From Lingula anatina (Eukaryota > Animalia > Brachiopoda): DNA of 64,000 nt. Where the stretch lies: NCBI GenBank assembly GCA_051362555.1, contig JBPQGU010000016.1:3472001-3536000 (forward strand). Reading direction: 5' to 3'. A model generated the notes under the pieces. That model was not told the origin of the DNA, made no database searches, and saw only the letters and a list, made by a program, of their open reading frames with translations. The position numbers and the translations under genes are program-made. Of the stretch, positions 25,401 to 40,400 are shown piece after piece; the first letter of the stretch is position 1, and each line of letters starts with the position of its first letter.

Positions 25401-28400
25401 GACGGGTAGATTTTTGGTGATTTTGAGTGATTTTGAACAGTGCCGGCACTGTGAGATTTCTTCAATTTTGGCCAGGTAGGGATGAAAATTTTTTTTCTTC
25501 ATTATAGTGTCAGGTAGGTGTGTTCGGTCATTTGTAGTAAGAATAAAGTGCTGGAAGAGTGGTGGTGTCAACATTAAGGAAGAAATAGAGCAAAAACTCT
25601 CTCTCCCCCCCCCCTCTCAGATTCTGTTCTCAGAGCTTATTTTTGGATCATCTTTAAAGCTAGAATTGGGGGCCTTGATGAAGTGACCCGGGCGCGTTTC
25701 CACATTTTTTATGAATGACAGGTGTGGTAGATTGATTTTCGTCACTTTTTGGAAAAATCGGAGACGGGTAGATTTTTGGTGATTTTGAGTGATTTTGAAC
25801 AGTGCCGGCACTGTGAGATTTCTTCAATTTTGGCCAGGTAGGGATGAAAATTTTTTTTCTTCATTATAGTGTCAGGTAGGTGTGTTCGGTCATTTGTAGT
25901 AAGAATAAAGTGCTGGAAGAGTGGTGGTGTCAACATTAAGGAAGAAATAGAGCAAAAACTCTCTCTCCCCCCCCCCCTCTCAGATTCTGTTCTCAGAGCT
26001 TATTTTTGGATCATCTTTAAAGCTAGAATTGGGGGCCTTGATGAAGTGACCCGGGCGCGTTTCCACATTTTTTATGAATGACAGGTGTGGTAGATTGATT
26101 TTCGTCACTTTTTGGAAAAATCGGAGACGGGTCGATTTTTGGTGATTTTGAGTGATTTTGAACAGTGTCGGCACTGTGAGATTTCTTCAATTTTGGCCAG
26201 GTAGGGATGAAAATTTTTTTTCTTCATTATAGTGTCAGGTAGGTGTGTTCGGTCATTTGTAGTAAGAATAAAGTGCTGGAAGAGTGGTGGTGTCAACATT
26301 AAGGAATAAATAGAGCAAAAACTCTCTCTCCCCCCCCTCTCAGATTCTGTTCTCAGAGCTTATTTTTGGATCATCTTTAAAGCTAGAATTGGGGGCCTTG
26401 ATGAAGTGACCCGGGCGCGTTTCCACATTTTTTATGAATGACAGGTGTGGTAGATTGATTTTCGTCACTTTTTGGAAAAATCGGAGACGGGTCGATTTTT
26501 GGTGATTTTGAGTGATTTTGAACAGTGCCGGCACTGTGAGATTTCTTCAATTTTGGCCAGGTAGGGATGAAAATTTTTTTTCTTCATTATAGTGTCAGGT
26601 AGGTGTGTTCGGTCATTTGTAGTAAGAATAAAGTGCTGGAAGAGTGGTGGTGTCAACATTAAGGAAGAAATAGAGCAAAAACTCTCTCTCCCACCCCTCT
26701 CAGATTCTGTTCTCAGAGTTTATTTTTGGATCATCTTTAAAGCTAGAATTGGGGGCCTTGATGAAGTGACCCGGGCGCGTTTCCACATTTTTTATGAATG
26801 ACAGGTGTGGTAGATTGATTTTCGTCACTTTTTGGAAAAATCGGAGACGGGTCGATTTTTGGTGATTTTGAGTGATTTTGAACAGTGCCGGCACTGTGAG
26901 ATTTCTTCAATTTTGGCCAGGTAGGGATGAAAATTTTTTTTCTTCATTATAGTGTCAGGTAGGTGTGTTCAGTCATTTGTAGTAAGAATAAAGTGCTGGA
27001 AGAGTGGTGGTGTCAACATTAAGGAAGAAATAGAGCAAAAACTCTCTCTCCCCCCCCTCTCAGATTCTGTTCTCAGAGTTTATTTTTGGATCATCTTTAA
27101 AGCTAGAATTGGGGGCCTTGATGAAGTGACCCGGGCGCGTTTCCACATTTTTTATGAATGACAGGTGTGGTAGATTGATTTTCGTCACTTTTTGGAAAAA
27201 TCGGAGACGGGTCGATTTTTGGTGATTTTGAGTGATTTTGAACAGTGCCGGCACTGTGAGATTTCTTCAATTTTGGCCAGGTAGGGATGAAAATTTTTTT
27301 TCTTCATTATAGTGTCAGGTAGGTGTGTTCAGTCATTTGTAGTAAGAATAAAGTGCTGGAAGAGTGGTGGTGTCAACATTAAGGAAGAAATAGAGCAAAA
27401 ACTCTCTCTCCCCCCCCCTCTCAGATTCTGTTCTCAGAGCTTATTTTTGGATCATCTTTAAAGCTAGAATTGGGGGCCTTGATGAAGTGACCCGGGCGCG
27501 TTTCCACATTTTTTATGAATGACAGGTGTGGTAGATTGATTTTCGTCACTTTTTGGAAAAATCGGAGACGGGTCGATTTTTGGTGATTTTGAGTGATTTT
27601 GAACAGTGCCGGCACTGTGAGATTTCTTCAATTTTGGCCAGGTAGGGATGAAAATTTTTTTTCTTCATTATAGTGTCAGGTAGGTGTGTTCGGTCATTTG
27701 TAGTAAGAATAAAGTGCTGGAAGAGTGGTGGTGTCAACATTAAGGAAGAAATAGAGCAAAAACTCTCTCTCCCCCCCCCCTCTCAGATTCTGTTCTCAGA
27801 GCTTATTTTTGGATCATCTTTAAAGCTAGAATTGGGGGCCTTGATGAAGTGACCCGGGCGCGTTTCCACATTTTTTATGAATGACAGGTGTGGTAGATTG
27901 ATTTTCGTCACTTTTTGGAAAAATCGGAGACGGGTCGATTTTTGGTGATTTTGAGTGATTTTGAACAGTGCCGGCACTGTGAGATTTCTTCAATTTTGGC
28001 CAGGTAGGGATGAAAATTTTTTTTCTTCATTATAGTGTCAGGTAGGTGTGTTCGGTCATTTGTAGTAAGAATAAAGTGCTGGAAGAGTGGTGGTGTCAAC
28101 ATTAAGGAAGAAATAGAGCAAAAACTCTCTCTCCCCCCCCCCCCTCTCAGATTCTGTTCACAGAGCTTATTTTTGGATCATCTTTAAAGCTAGAATTGGG
28201 GGCCTTGATGAAGTGACCCGGGTGCGTTTCCACATTTTTTATGAATGACAGGTGTGGTAGATTGATTTTCGTCACTTTTTGGAAAAATCGGAGACGGGTC
28301 GATTTTTGGTGATTTTGAGTGATTTTGAACAGTGCCGGCACTGTGAGATTTCTTCAATTTTGGCCAGGTAGGGATGAAAATTTTTTTTCTTCATTATAGT

Positions 28401-31400
28401 GTCAGGTAGGTGTGTTCGGTCATTTGTAGTAAGAATAAAGTGCTGGAAGAGTGGTGGTGTCAACATTAAGGAAGAAATAGAGCAAAAACTCTCTCTCCCC
28501 CCCCCCTCTCAGATTCTGTTCTCAGAGCTTATTTTTGGATCATCTTTAAAGCTAGAATTGGGGGCCTTGATGAAGTGACCCGGGCGCGTTTCCACATTTT
28601 TTATGAATGACAGGTGTGGTAGATTGATTTTCGTCACTTTTTGGAAAAATCGGAGACGGGTCGATTTTTGGTGATTTTGAGTGATTTTGCACAGTGCCGG
28701 CACTGTGAGATTTCTTCAATTTTGGCCAGGTAGGGATGAAAATTTTTTTTCTTCATTATAGTGTCAGGTAGGTGTGTTCGGTCATTTATAGTAAGAATAA
28801 AGTGCTGGAAGAGTGGTGGTGTCAACATTAAGGAAGAAATAGAGCAAAAACTCTCTCTCCCCCCCCCTCTCAGATTCTGTTCTCAGAGCTTATTTTTGGA
28901 TCATCTTTAAAGCTAGAATTGGGGGCCTTGATGAAGTGACCCGGGCCTGTTTCCACATTTTTTATGAATGACAGGTGTGGTAGATTGATTTTTGTCACTT
29001 TTTGGAAAAATCGGAGACGGGTCGATTTTTGGTGATTTTGAGTGATTTTGAACAGTGCCGGCACTGTGAGATTTCTTCAATTTTGGCCAGGTAGGGATGA
29101 AAATTTTTTTTCTTCATTATAGTGTCAGGTAGGTGTGTTCGGTCATTTGTAGTAAGAATAAAGTGCTGGAAGAGTGGTGGTGTCAACATTAAGGAAGAAA
29201 TAGAGCAAAAACTCTCTCTCCCCCCCCTCTCAGATTCTGTTCTCAGAGCTTATTTTTGGATCATCTTTAAAGCTAGAATTGGGGGCCTTGATGAAGTGAC
29301 CCGGGCGCGTTTCCACATTTTTTATGAATGACAGATGTGGTAGATTGATTTTCGTCACTTTTTGGAAAAATCGGAGACGGGTCGATTTTTGGTGATTTTG
29401 AGTGATTTTGAACATTGCCGGCACTGTGAGATTTCTTCAATTTTGGCCAGGTAGGGATGAAAATTATTTTTCTTCATTATAGTGTCAGGTAGGTGTGTTC
29501 GGTCATTTGTAGTAAGAATAAAGTGCTGGAAGAGTGGTGGTGTCAACATTAAGGAAGAAATAGAGCAAAAAATCTCTCTCCCCCCCCCCTCTCAGATTCT
29601 GTTCTCAGAGCTTATTTTTGGATCATCTTTAAAGCTAGAATTGGGGGCCTTGATGAAGTGACCCGGGCGCGTTTACACATTTTTTATGAATGACAGGTGT
29701 GGTAGATTGATTTTCGTCACTTTTTGGAAAAATCGGAGACGGGTCGATTTTTGGTGATTTTGAGTGATTTTGAACAGTGCCGGCACTGTGAGATTTCTTC
29801 ACTTTTGGCCAGGTAGGGATGAAAATTTTTTTTCTTCATTATAGTGTCAGGTAGGTGTGTTCGGTCATTTGTAGTAAGAATAAAGTGCTGGAAGAGTGGT
29901 GGTGTCAACATTAAGGAAGAAATAGAGCAAAAACTCTCTCTCCCCCCCCCCTCTCAGATTCTGATCTCAGAGCTTATTTTTGGATCATCTTTAAAGCTAG
30001 AATTGGGGGCCTTGATGAAGTGACCCGGGCGCGTTTCCACATTTTTTATGAATGACAGGTGTGGTAGATTGATTTTCGTCACTTTTTGGAAAAATCGGAG
30101 ACGGGTCGATTTTTGGTGATTTTGAGTGATTTTGAACAGTGCCGGCACTGTGAGATTTCTTCAATTTTGGCCAGGTAGGGATGAAAATTTTTTTTCTTCA
30201 TTATAGTGTCAGGTAGGTGTGTTCGGTCATTTGTAGTAAGAATAAAGTGCTGGAAGAGTGGTGGTGTCAACATTAAGGAAGAAATAGAGCAAAAACTCTC
30301 TCTCCCCCCCCCTCTCAGATTCTGTTCTCAGAGCTTATTTTTGGATCATCTTTAAAGCTAGAATTGGGGGCCTTGATGAAGTGACCCGGGCGCGTTTCCA
30401 CATTTTTTATGAATGACAGGTGTGGTAGATTGATTTTTGTCACTTTTTGGAAAAATCGGAGACGGGTCGATTTTTGGTGATTTTGAGTGATTTTGAACAG
30501 TGCCGGCACTGTGAGATTTCTTCAATTTTGGCCAGGTAGGGATGAAAATTTTTTTTCTTCATTATAGTGTCAGGTAGGTGTGTTCGGTCATTTGTAGTAA
30601 GAATAAAGTGCTGGAAGAGTGGTGGTGTCAACATTAAGGAAGAAATAGAGCAAAAACTCTCTCTCCCCCCCCCCCCCTCTCAGATTCTGTTCTCAGAGCT
30701 TATTTTTGGATCATCTTTAAAGCTAGAATTGGGGGCCTTGATGAAGTGACCCGGGCGCGTTTCCACATTTTTTATGAATGACAGGTGTGGTAGATTGATT
30801 TTCGTCACTTTTTGGAAAAATCGGAGACGGGTCGATTTTTGGTGATTTTGAGTGATTTTGAACAGTGCCGGCACTGTGAGATTTCTTCAATTTTGGCCAG
30901 GTAGGGATGAAAATTTTTTTTCTTCATTATAGTGTCAGGTAGGTGTGTTCGGTCATTTGTAGTAAGAATAAAGTGCTGGAAGAGTGGTGGTGTCAACATT
31001 AAGGAAGAAATAGAGCAAAAACTCTCTCTCCCCCCCCCCCCCTCTCAGATTCTGTTCTAAGAGCTTATTTTTGGATCATCTTTAAAGCTAGAATTGGGGG
31101 CCTTGATGAAGTGACCCGGGCGCGTTTCCACATTTCTTATGAATGACAGGTGTGGTAGATTGATTTTCGTCACTTTTTAAAAAAATCGGAGACGGGTCGA
31201 TTTTTGGTGATTTTGAGTGATTTTGAACAGTGCCGGCACTGTGAGATTTCTTCAATTTTGGCCAGGTAGGGATGAAAATTTTTTTTCTTCATTATAGTGT
31301 CAGGTAGGTGTGTTCGGTCATTTGTAGTAAGAATAAAGTGCTGGAAGAGTGGTGGTGTCATCATTAAGGAAGAAATAGAGCAAAAACTCTCTCTCCCCCC

Positions 31401-34400
31401 CCCTCTCAGATTCTGTTCTCAGAGCTTATTTTTGGATCATCTTTAAAGCTAGAATTGGGGGCCTTGATGAAGTGACCCGGGCGCGTTTCCACATTTTTTA
31501 TGAATGACAGGTGTGGTAGATTGATTTTTGTCACTTTTTGGAAAAATCGGAGAAGGGTCGATTTTTGGTGATTTTGAGTGATTTTGAACAGTGCCGGCAC
31601 TGTGAGATTTCTTCAATTTTGGCCAGGTAGGGATGAAAATTTTTTTTCTTCATTATAGTGTCAGGTAGGTGTGTTCGGTCATTTGTAGTAAGAATAAAGT
31701 GCTGGAAGAGTGGTGGTGTCAACATTAAGGAAGAAATAGAGCAAAAACTCTCTCTCCCCCCCCCCCCTCTCAGATTCTGTTCTCAGAGCTTATTTTTGGA
31801 TCATCTTTAAAGCTAGAATTGGGGGCCTTGATGAAGTGACCCGGGCGCGTTTCCACATTTTTTATGAATGACAGGTGTGGTAGATTGATTTTCGTCACTT
31901 TTTGGAAAAATCGGAGACGGGTCGATTTTTGGTGATTTTGAGTGATTTTGAACAGTGCCGGCACTGTGAGATTTCTTCAATTTTGGCCAGGTAGGGATGA
32001 AAATTTTTTTTCTTCATTATAGTGTCAGGTAGGTGTGTTCGGTCATTTGTAGTAAGAATAAAGTGCTGGAAGAGTGGTGGTGTCAACATTAAGGAAGAAA
32101 TAGAGCAAAAACTCTCTCTCCCCCCCCTCTCAGATTCTGTTCTCAGAGCTTATTTTTGGATCATCTTTAAAGCTAGAATTGGGGGCCTTGATGAAGTGAC
32201 CCGGGCGCGTTTCCACATTTTTTATGAATGACAGGTGTGGTAGATTGATTTTCGTCATTTTTTGGAAAAATCGGAGACGGGTCGATTTTTGGTGATTTTG
32301 AGTGATTTTGAACAGTGCCGGCACTGTGAGATTTCTTCAATTTTGGCCAGGTAGGGATGAAAATTTTTTTTCTTCATTATAGTGTCAGGTAGGTGTGTTC
32401 GGTCATTTGTAGTAAGAATAAAGTGCTGGAAGAGTGGTGGTGTCAACATTAAGGAAGAAATAGAGCAAAAACTCTCTCTCCCCCCCCCTCTCAGATTCTG
32501 TTCTCAGAGCTTATTTTTGGATCATCTTTAAAGCTAGAATTGGGGGCCTTGATGAAGTGACCCGGGCGCGTTTCCACATTTTTTATGAATGACAGGTGTG
32601 GTAGATTGATTTTCGTCACTTTTTGGAAAAATCGGAGACGGGTCGATTTTTGGTGATTTTGAGTGATTTTGAACAGTGCCGGCACTGTGAGATTTCTTCA
32701 ATTTTGGCCAGGTAGGGATGAAAATTTTTTTTCTTCATTATAGTGTCAGGTAGGTGTGTTCGGTCATTTGTAGTAAGAATAAAGTGCTGGAAGAGTGGTG
32801 GTGTCAACATTAAGGAAGAAATAGAGCAAAAACTCTCTCTCCCCCCCCCTCTCAGATTCTGTTCTCAGAGCTTATTTTTGGATCATCTTTAAAGCTAGAA
32901 TTGGGGGCCTTGATGAAGTGACCTGGGCGCGTTTCCACATTTTTTATGAATGACAGGTGTGGTAGATTGATTTTCGTCACTTTTTGGAAAAATCGGAGAC
33001 GGGTCGATTTTTGGTGATTTTGAGTGATTTTGAACAGTGCCGGCACTGTGAGATTTCTTCAATTTTAGCCAGGTAGGGATGAAAATTTTTTTTCTTCATT
33101 ATAGTGTCAGGTAGGTGTGTTCGGTCATTTGTAGTAAGAATAAAGTGCTGGAAGAGTGGTGGTGTCAACATTAAGGAAGAAATAGAGCAAAAACTCTCTC
33201 TCCCCCCCCCCTCTCAGATTCTGTTCTCAGAGCTTATTTTTGGATCATCTTTAAAGCTAGAATTGGGGGCCTTGATGAAGTGACCCGGGCGCGTTTCCAC
33301 ATTTTTTATGAATGACAGGTGTGGTAGATTGATTTTCGTCACTTTTTGGAAAAATCGGAGACGGGTCGATTTTTGGTGATTTTGAGTGATTTTGAACAGT
33401 GCCGGCACTGTGAGATTTCTTCAATTTTGGCCAGGTAGGGATGAAAATTTTTTTTCTTCATTATAGTGTCAGGTAGGTGTGTTCGGTCATTTGTAGTAAG
33501 AATAAAGTGCTGGAAGAGTGGTGGTGTCAACATTAAGGAAGAAATAGAGCAAAAACTCTCTCTCCCCCCCCCTCTCAGATTCTGTTCTCAGAGCTTATTT
33601 TTGGATCATCTTTAAAGCTAGAATTGGGGGCCTTGATGAAGTGACCCGGGCGCGTTTCCACATTTTTTATGAATGACAGGTGTGGTAGATTGATTTTCGT
33701 CACTTTTTGGAAAAATCGGAGACGGGTCGATTTTTGGTGATTTTGAGTGATTTTGAACAGTGCCGGCACTGTGAGATTTCTTCAATTTTGGCCAGGTAGG
33801 GATGAAAATTTTTTTTCTTCATTATAGTGTCAGGTAGTTGTGTTCGGTCATTTGTAGTAAGAATAAAGTGCTGGAAGAGTGGTGGTGTCAACATTAAGGA
33901 AGAAATAGAGCAAAAACTCTCTCTCCCCCCCCCTCTCAGATTTTGTTCTCAGAGCTTATTTTTGGATCATCTTTAAAGCTAGAATTGGGGGCCTTGATGA
34001 AGTGACCCGGGCGCGTTTCCACATTTTTTATGAATGACAGGTGTGGTAGATTGATTTTCTTCACTTTTTGGAAAAATCGGAGACGGGTCGATTTTTGGTG
34101 ATTTTGAGTGATTTTGAACAGTGCCGGCACTGTGAGATTTCTTCAATTTTGGCCAGGTAGGGATGAAAATTTTTTTTCTTCATTATAGTGTCAGGTAGGT
34201 GTGTTCGGTCATTTGTAGTAAGAATAAAGTGCTGGAAGAGTGGTGGTGTCAACATTAAGGAAGAAATAGAGCAAAAACTCTCTCTCCCCCCCCCTCTCAG
34301 ATTCTGTTCTCAGAGCTTATTTTTGGATCATCTTTAAAGCTAGAATTGGGGGTCTTGATGAAGTGACCCGGGCGCGTTTCCACATTTTTTATGAATGACA

Positions 34401-37400
34401 GGTGTGGTAGATTGATTTTCGTCACTTTTTGGAAAAATCGGAGACGGGTCGATTTTTGGTGATTTTGAGTGATTTTGAACAGTGCCGGCACTGTGAGATT
34501 TCTTCAATTTTGGCCAGGTAGGGATGAAAATTTTTTTTCTTCATTATAGTGTCAGGTAGGTGTGTTCGGTCATTTGTAGTAAGAATAAAGTGCTGGAAGA
34601 GTGGTGGTGTCAACATTAAGGAAGAAATAGAGCAAAAACTCTCTCTCCCCCCCCCTCTCAGATTCTGTTCTCAGAGCTTATTTTTGGATCATCTTTAAAG
34701 CTAGAATTGGGGGCCTTGATGAAGTGACCCAGGCGCGTTTACACATTTTTTATGAATGACAGGTGTGGTAGATTGATTTTCGTCACTTTTTGGAAAAATC
34801 GGGGACGGGTCGATTTTTGGTGATTTTGAGTGATTTTGAACAGTGCCGGCACTGTGAGATTTCTTCAATTTTGGCCAGGTAGGGATGAAATTTTTTTTTC
34901 TTCATTATAGTGTCAGGTAGGTGTGTTCGGTCATTTGTAGTAAGAATAAAGTGCTGGAAGAGTTGTGGTGTCACCATTAAGGAAGAGATAGAGCAAAAAC
35001 TCTCTCTCCCCCCCCCCTCTCAGATTCTGTTCTCAGAGCTTATTTTTGGATCATCTTTAAAGCTAGAATTGGGGGCCTTGATGAAGTGACCCGGGCGCGT
35101 TTCCACATTTTTTATGAATGACAGGTGTGGTAGATTGATTTTCGTCACTTTTTGGAAAAATCGGAGACGGGTCGATTTTTGGTGATTTTGAGTGATTTTG
35201 AACAGTGCCGGCACTGTGAGATTTCTTCAATTTTGGCCAGGTAGGGATGAAAATTTTTTTTCTTCATTATAGTGTCAGGTAAGTGTGTTCGGTCATTTGT
35301 AGTAAGAATAAAGTGCTGGAAGAGTGGTGGTGTCAACATTAAGGAAGAAATAGAGCAAAAACTCTCTCTCCCCCCCCCTCTCAGATTCTGTTCTCAGAGC
35401 TTATTTTTGGATCATCTTTAAAGCTAGAATTGGGGGCCTTGATGAAGTGACCCGGGCGCGTTTACACATTTTTTATGAATGACAGGTGTGGTAGATTGAT
35501 TTTCGTCACTTTTTGGAAAAATTGGAGACGGGTCGATTTTTGGTGATTTTGAGTGATTTTGAACAGTGCCGGCACTGTGAGATTTCTTCAATTTTGGCCA
35601 GGTAGGGATGAAAATTTTTTTTCTTCATTATAGTGTCAGGTAGGTGTGTTTGGTCATTTGTAGTAAGAATAAAGTGCTGGAAGAGTGGTGGTGTCAACAT
35701 TAAGGAAGAAATAGAGCAAAAACTCTCTCTCCCCCCCCCCCTCTCAGATTCTGTTCTTAGAGCTTATTTTTGGATCATCTTTAAAGCTAGAATTGGGGGC
35801 CTTGATGAAGTGACCCGGGCGCGTTTCCACATTTTTTATGAATGACAGGTGTGGTAGATTGATTTTCGTCACTTTTTGGAAAAATCGGAGACGGGTCGAT
35901 TTTTGGTGATTTTGAGTGATTTTGAACAGTGCCGGCACTGTGAGATTTCTTCAATTTTGGCCAGGTAGGGATGAAAATTTTTTTTCTTCATTATAGTGTC
36001 AGGTAGGTGTGTTCGGTCATTTGTAGTAAGAATAAAGTGCTGGAAGAGTGGTGGTGTCAACATTAAGGAAGAAATAGAGCAAAAACTCTCTCTCCCCCCC
36101 CTCTCAGATTCTGTTCTCAGAGCTTATTTTTGGATCATCTTTAAAGCTAGAATTGGGGGCCTTGATGAAGTGACCCAGGCGCGTTTACACATTTTTTATG
36201 AATGACAGGTGTGGTAGATTGATTTTCGTCACTTTTTGGAAAAATCGGAGACGGGTCGATTTTTGGTGATTTTGAGTGATTTTGAACAGTGCCGGCACTG
36301 TGAGATTTCTTCAATTTTGGCCAGGTAGGGATGAAAATTTTTTTTCTTCATTATAGTGTCAGGTAGGTGTGTTCGGTCATTTGTAGTAAGAATAAAGTGC
36401 TGGAAGAGTGGTGGTATCAACATTAAGGAAGAAATAGAGCAAAAACTCTCTCTCCCCCCCCCCCCCTCTCAGATTCTGTTCTCAGAGCTTATTTTTGGAT
36501 CATCTTTAAAGCTAGAATTGGGGGCCTTGATGAAGTGACCCGGGCGCGTTTCCACATTTTTTATGAATGACAGGTGTGGTAGATTGATTTTCGTCACTTT
36601 TTGGAAAAATCGGAGACGGGTCGATTTTTGGTGATTTTGAGTGATTTTGAACAGTGCCGGCACTGTGAGATTTCTTCAATTTTGGCCAGGTAGGGATGAA
36701 AATTTTTTTTCTTCATTATAGTGTCAGGTAGGTGTGTTCGGTCATTTGTAGTAAGAATAAAGTGCTGGAAGAGTGGTGGTGTCAACATTAAGGAAGAAAT
36801 AGAGCAAAAACTCTCTCTCCCCCCCCCCCTCTCAGATTCTGTTCTTAGAGCTTATTTTTGGATCATCTTTAAAGCTAGAATTGGGGGCCTTGATGAAGTG
36901 ACCCGGGCGCGTTTCCACATTTTTTATGAATGACAGGTGTGGTAGATTGATTTTCGTCACTTTTTGGAAAAATCGGAGACGGGTCGATTTTTGGTGATTT
37001 TGAGTGATTTTGAACAGTGCCGGCACTGTGAGATTTCTTCAATTTTGGCCAGGTAGGGATGAAAATTTTTTTTCTTCATTATAGTGTCAGGTAGGTGTGT
37101 TCGGTCATTTGTAGTAAGAATAAAGTGCTGGAAGAGTGGTGGTGTCAACATTAAGGAAGAAATAGAGCAAAAACTCTCTCTCCCCCCCCTCTCAGATTCT
37201 GTTCTCAGAGCTTATTTTTGGATCATCTTTAAAGCTAGAATTGGGGGCCTTGATGAAGTGACCCGGGCGCGTTTCCACATTTTTTATGAATGACAGGTGT
37301 GGTAGATTGATTTTCGTCACTTTTTGGAAAAATCGGAGACGGGTCGATTTTTGGTGATTTTGAGTGATTTTGAACAGTGCCGGCACTGTGAGATTTCTTC

Positions 37401-40400
37401 AATTTTGGCCAGGTAGGGATGAAAATTTTTTTTCTTCATTATAGTGTCAGGTAGGTGTGTTCGGTCATTTGTAGTAAGAATAAAGTGCTGGAAGAGTGGT
37501 GGTGTCAACATTAAGGAAGAAATAGAGCAAAAACTCTCTCTCCCCCCCCCCCCTCTCAGATTCTGTTCTTAGAGCTTATTTTTGGATCATCTTTAAAGCT
37601 AGAATTGGGGGCCTTGATGAAGTGACCCGGGCGCGTTTCCACATTTTTTATGAATGACAGGTGTGGTAGATTGATTTTCGTCACTTTTTGGAAAAATCGG
37701 AGACGGGTCGATTTTTGGTGATTTTGAGTGATTTTGAACAGTGCCGGCACTGTGAGATTTCTTCAATTTTGGCCAGGTAGGGATGAAAATTTTTTTTCTT
37801 CATTATAGTGTCAGGTAGGTGTGTTCGGTCATTTGTAGTAAGAATAAAGTGCTGGAAGAGTGGTGGTGTCAACATTAAGGAAGAAATAGAGCAAAAACTC
37901 TCTCTCCCCCCCCCCTCTCAGATTCTGTTCTCAGAGCTTATTTTTGGATCATCTTTAAAGCTAGAATTGGGGGCCTTGATGAAGTGACCCGGGCGCATTT
38001 CCACATTTTTTATGAATGACAGGTGTGGTAGATTGATTTTCGTCACTTTTTGGAAAAATCGGAGACGGGTCGATTTTTGGTGATTTTGAGTGATTTTGAA
38101 CAGTGCCGGCACTGTGAGATTTCTTCAATTCTGGCCAGGTAGGGATGAAAATTTTTTTTCTTCATTATAGTGTCAGGTAGGTGTGTTCGGTCATTTGTAG
38201 TAAGAATAAAGTGCTGGAAGAGTGGTGGTGTCAACATTAAGGAAGAAATAGAGCAAAAACTCTCTCTCCCCCCCCCCCTCTCAGATTCTGTTCTCAGAGC
38301 TTATTTTTGGATCATCTTTAAAGCTATAATTGGGGGCCTTGATGAAGTGACCCGGGCGCGTTTACACATTTTTTATGAATGACAGGTGTGGTAGATTGAT
38401 TTTCGTCACTTTTTGGAAAAATCGGAGACGGGTCGATTTTTGGTGATTTTGAGTGATTTTGAACAGTGCCGGCACTGTGAGATTTCTTCAATTTTGGCCA
38501 GGTAGGGATGAAAATTTTTTTTCTTCATTATAGTGTCAGGTAAGTGTGTTCGGTCATTTGTAGTAAGAATAAAGTGCTGGAAGAGTGGTGGTGTCAACAT
38601 TAAGGAAGAAATAGAGCAAAAACTCTCTCTCCCCCCCCCCCCTCTCAGATTCTGTTCTCAGAGCTTATTTTTGGATCATCTTTAAAGATAGAATTGGGGG
38701 CCTTGATGAAGTGACCCGGGCGCGTTTACACATTTTTTATGAATGACAGGTGTGGTAGATTGATTTTCGTCACTTTTTGGAAAAATCGGAGACGGGTCGA
38801 TTTTTGGTGATTTTGAGTGATTTTGAACAGTGCCGGCACTGTGAGATTTCTTCAATTTTGGCCAGGTAGGGATGAAAATTTTTTTTCTTCATTATAGTGT
38901 CAGGTAAGTGTGTTCGGTCATTTGTAGTAAGAATAAAGTGCTGGAAGAGTGGTGGTGTCAACATTAAGGAAGAAATAGAGCAAAAACTCTCTCTCCCCCC
39001 CCCCCCCCTCTCAGATTCTGTTCTCAGAGCTTATTTTTGGATCATCTTTAAAGCTAGAATTGGGGGCCTTGATGAAGTGACCCGGGCGCGTTTCCACATT
39101 TTTTATGAATGACAGGTGTGGTAGATTGATTTTCGTCACTTTTTGGAAAAATCGGAGACGGGTCGATTTTTGGTGATTTTGAGTGATTTTGAACAGTGCC
39201 GGCACTGTGAGATTTCTTCAATTTTGGCCAGGTAGGGATGAAAATTTTTTTTCTTCATTATAGTGTCAGGTAGGTGTGTTCGGTCATTTGTAGTAAGAAT
39301 AAAGTGCTGGAAGAGTGGTGGTGTCAACATTAAGGAAGAAATAGAGCCAAAAACTCTCTCTCCCCCCCCCCCCTCTCAGATTCTGTTCTCAGAGCTTATT
39401 TTTGGATCATCTTTAAAGCTAGAATTGGGGGCCTTGATGAAGTGACCCGGGCGCGTTTCCACATTTTTTATGAATGACAGGTGTGGTAGATTGATTTTCG
39501 TCACTTTTTGGAAAAATCGGAGACGGGTCGGTTTTTGGTGATTTTGAGTGATTTTGAACAGTGCCGGCACTGTGAGATTTCTTCAATTTTGGCCAGGTAG
39601 GGATGAAAATTTTTTTTCTTCATTATAGTGTCAGGTAGGTGTGTTCGGTCATTTGTAGTAAGAATAAAGTGCTGGAAGAGTGGTGGTGTCAACATTAAGG
39701 AAGAAATAGAGCAAAAACTCTCTCTCCCCCCCCCCTCTCAGATTCTGTTCTCAGAGCTTATTTTTGGATCATCTTTAAAGCTAGAATTGGGGGCCTTGAT
39801 GAAGTGACCCAGGCGCGTTTACACATTTTTTATGAATGACAGGTGTGGTAGATTGATTTTCGTCACTTTTTGGAAAAATCGGAGACGGGTCGATTTTTGG
39901 TGATTTTGAGTGATTTTGAACAGTGCCGGCACTGTGAGATTTCTTCAATTTTGGCCAGGTAGGGATGAAAATTTTTTTTCTTCATTATAGTGTCAGGTAG
40001 GTGTGTTCGGTCATTTGTAGTAAGAATAAAGTGCTGGAAGAGTGGTGGTATCAACATTAAGGAAGAAATAGAGCAAAAACTCTCTCTCTCCCCCCCCCTC
40101 TCAGATTCTCTTCTCAGAGCTTATTTTTGGATCATCTTTAAAGCTAGAATTGGGGGCCTTGATGAAGTGACCCGGGCGCGTTTCCACATTTTTTATGAAT
40201 GACAGGTGTGGTAGATTGATTTTCGTCACTTTTTGGAAAAATCGGAGACGGGTCGATTTTTGGTGATTTTGAGTGATTTTGAACAGTGCCGGCACTGTGA
40301 GATTTCTTCAATTTTGGCCAGGTAGGGATGAAAATTTTTTTTCTTCATTATAGTGTCAGGTAGGTGTGTTCGGTCATTTGTAGTAAGAATAAAGTGCTGG

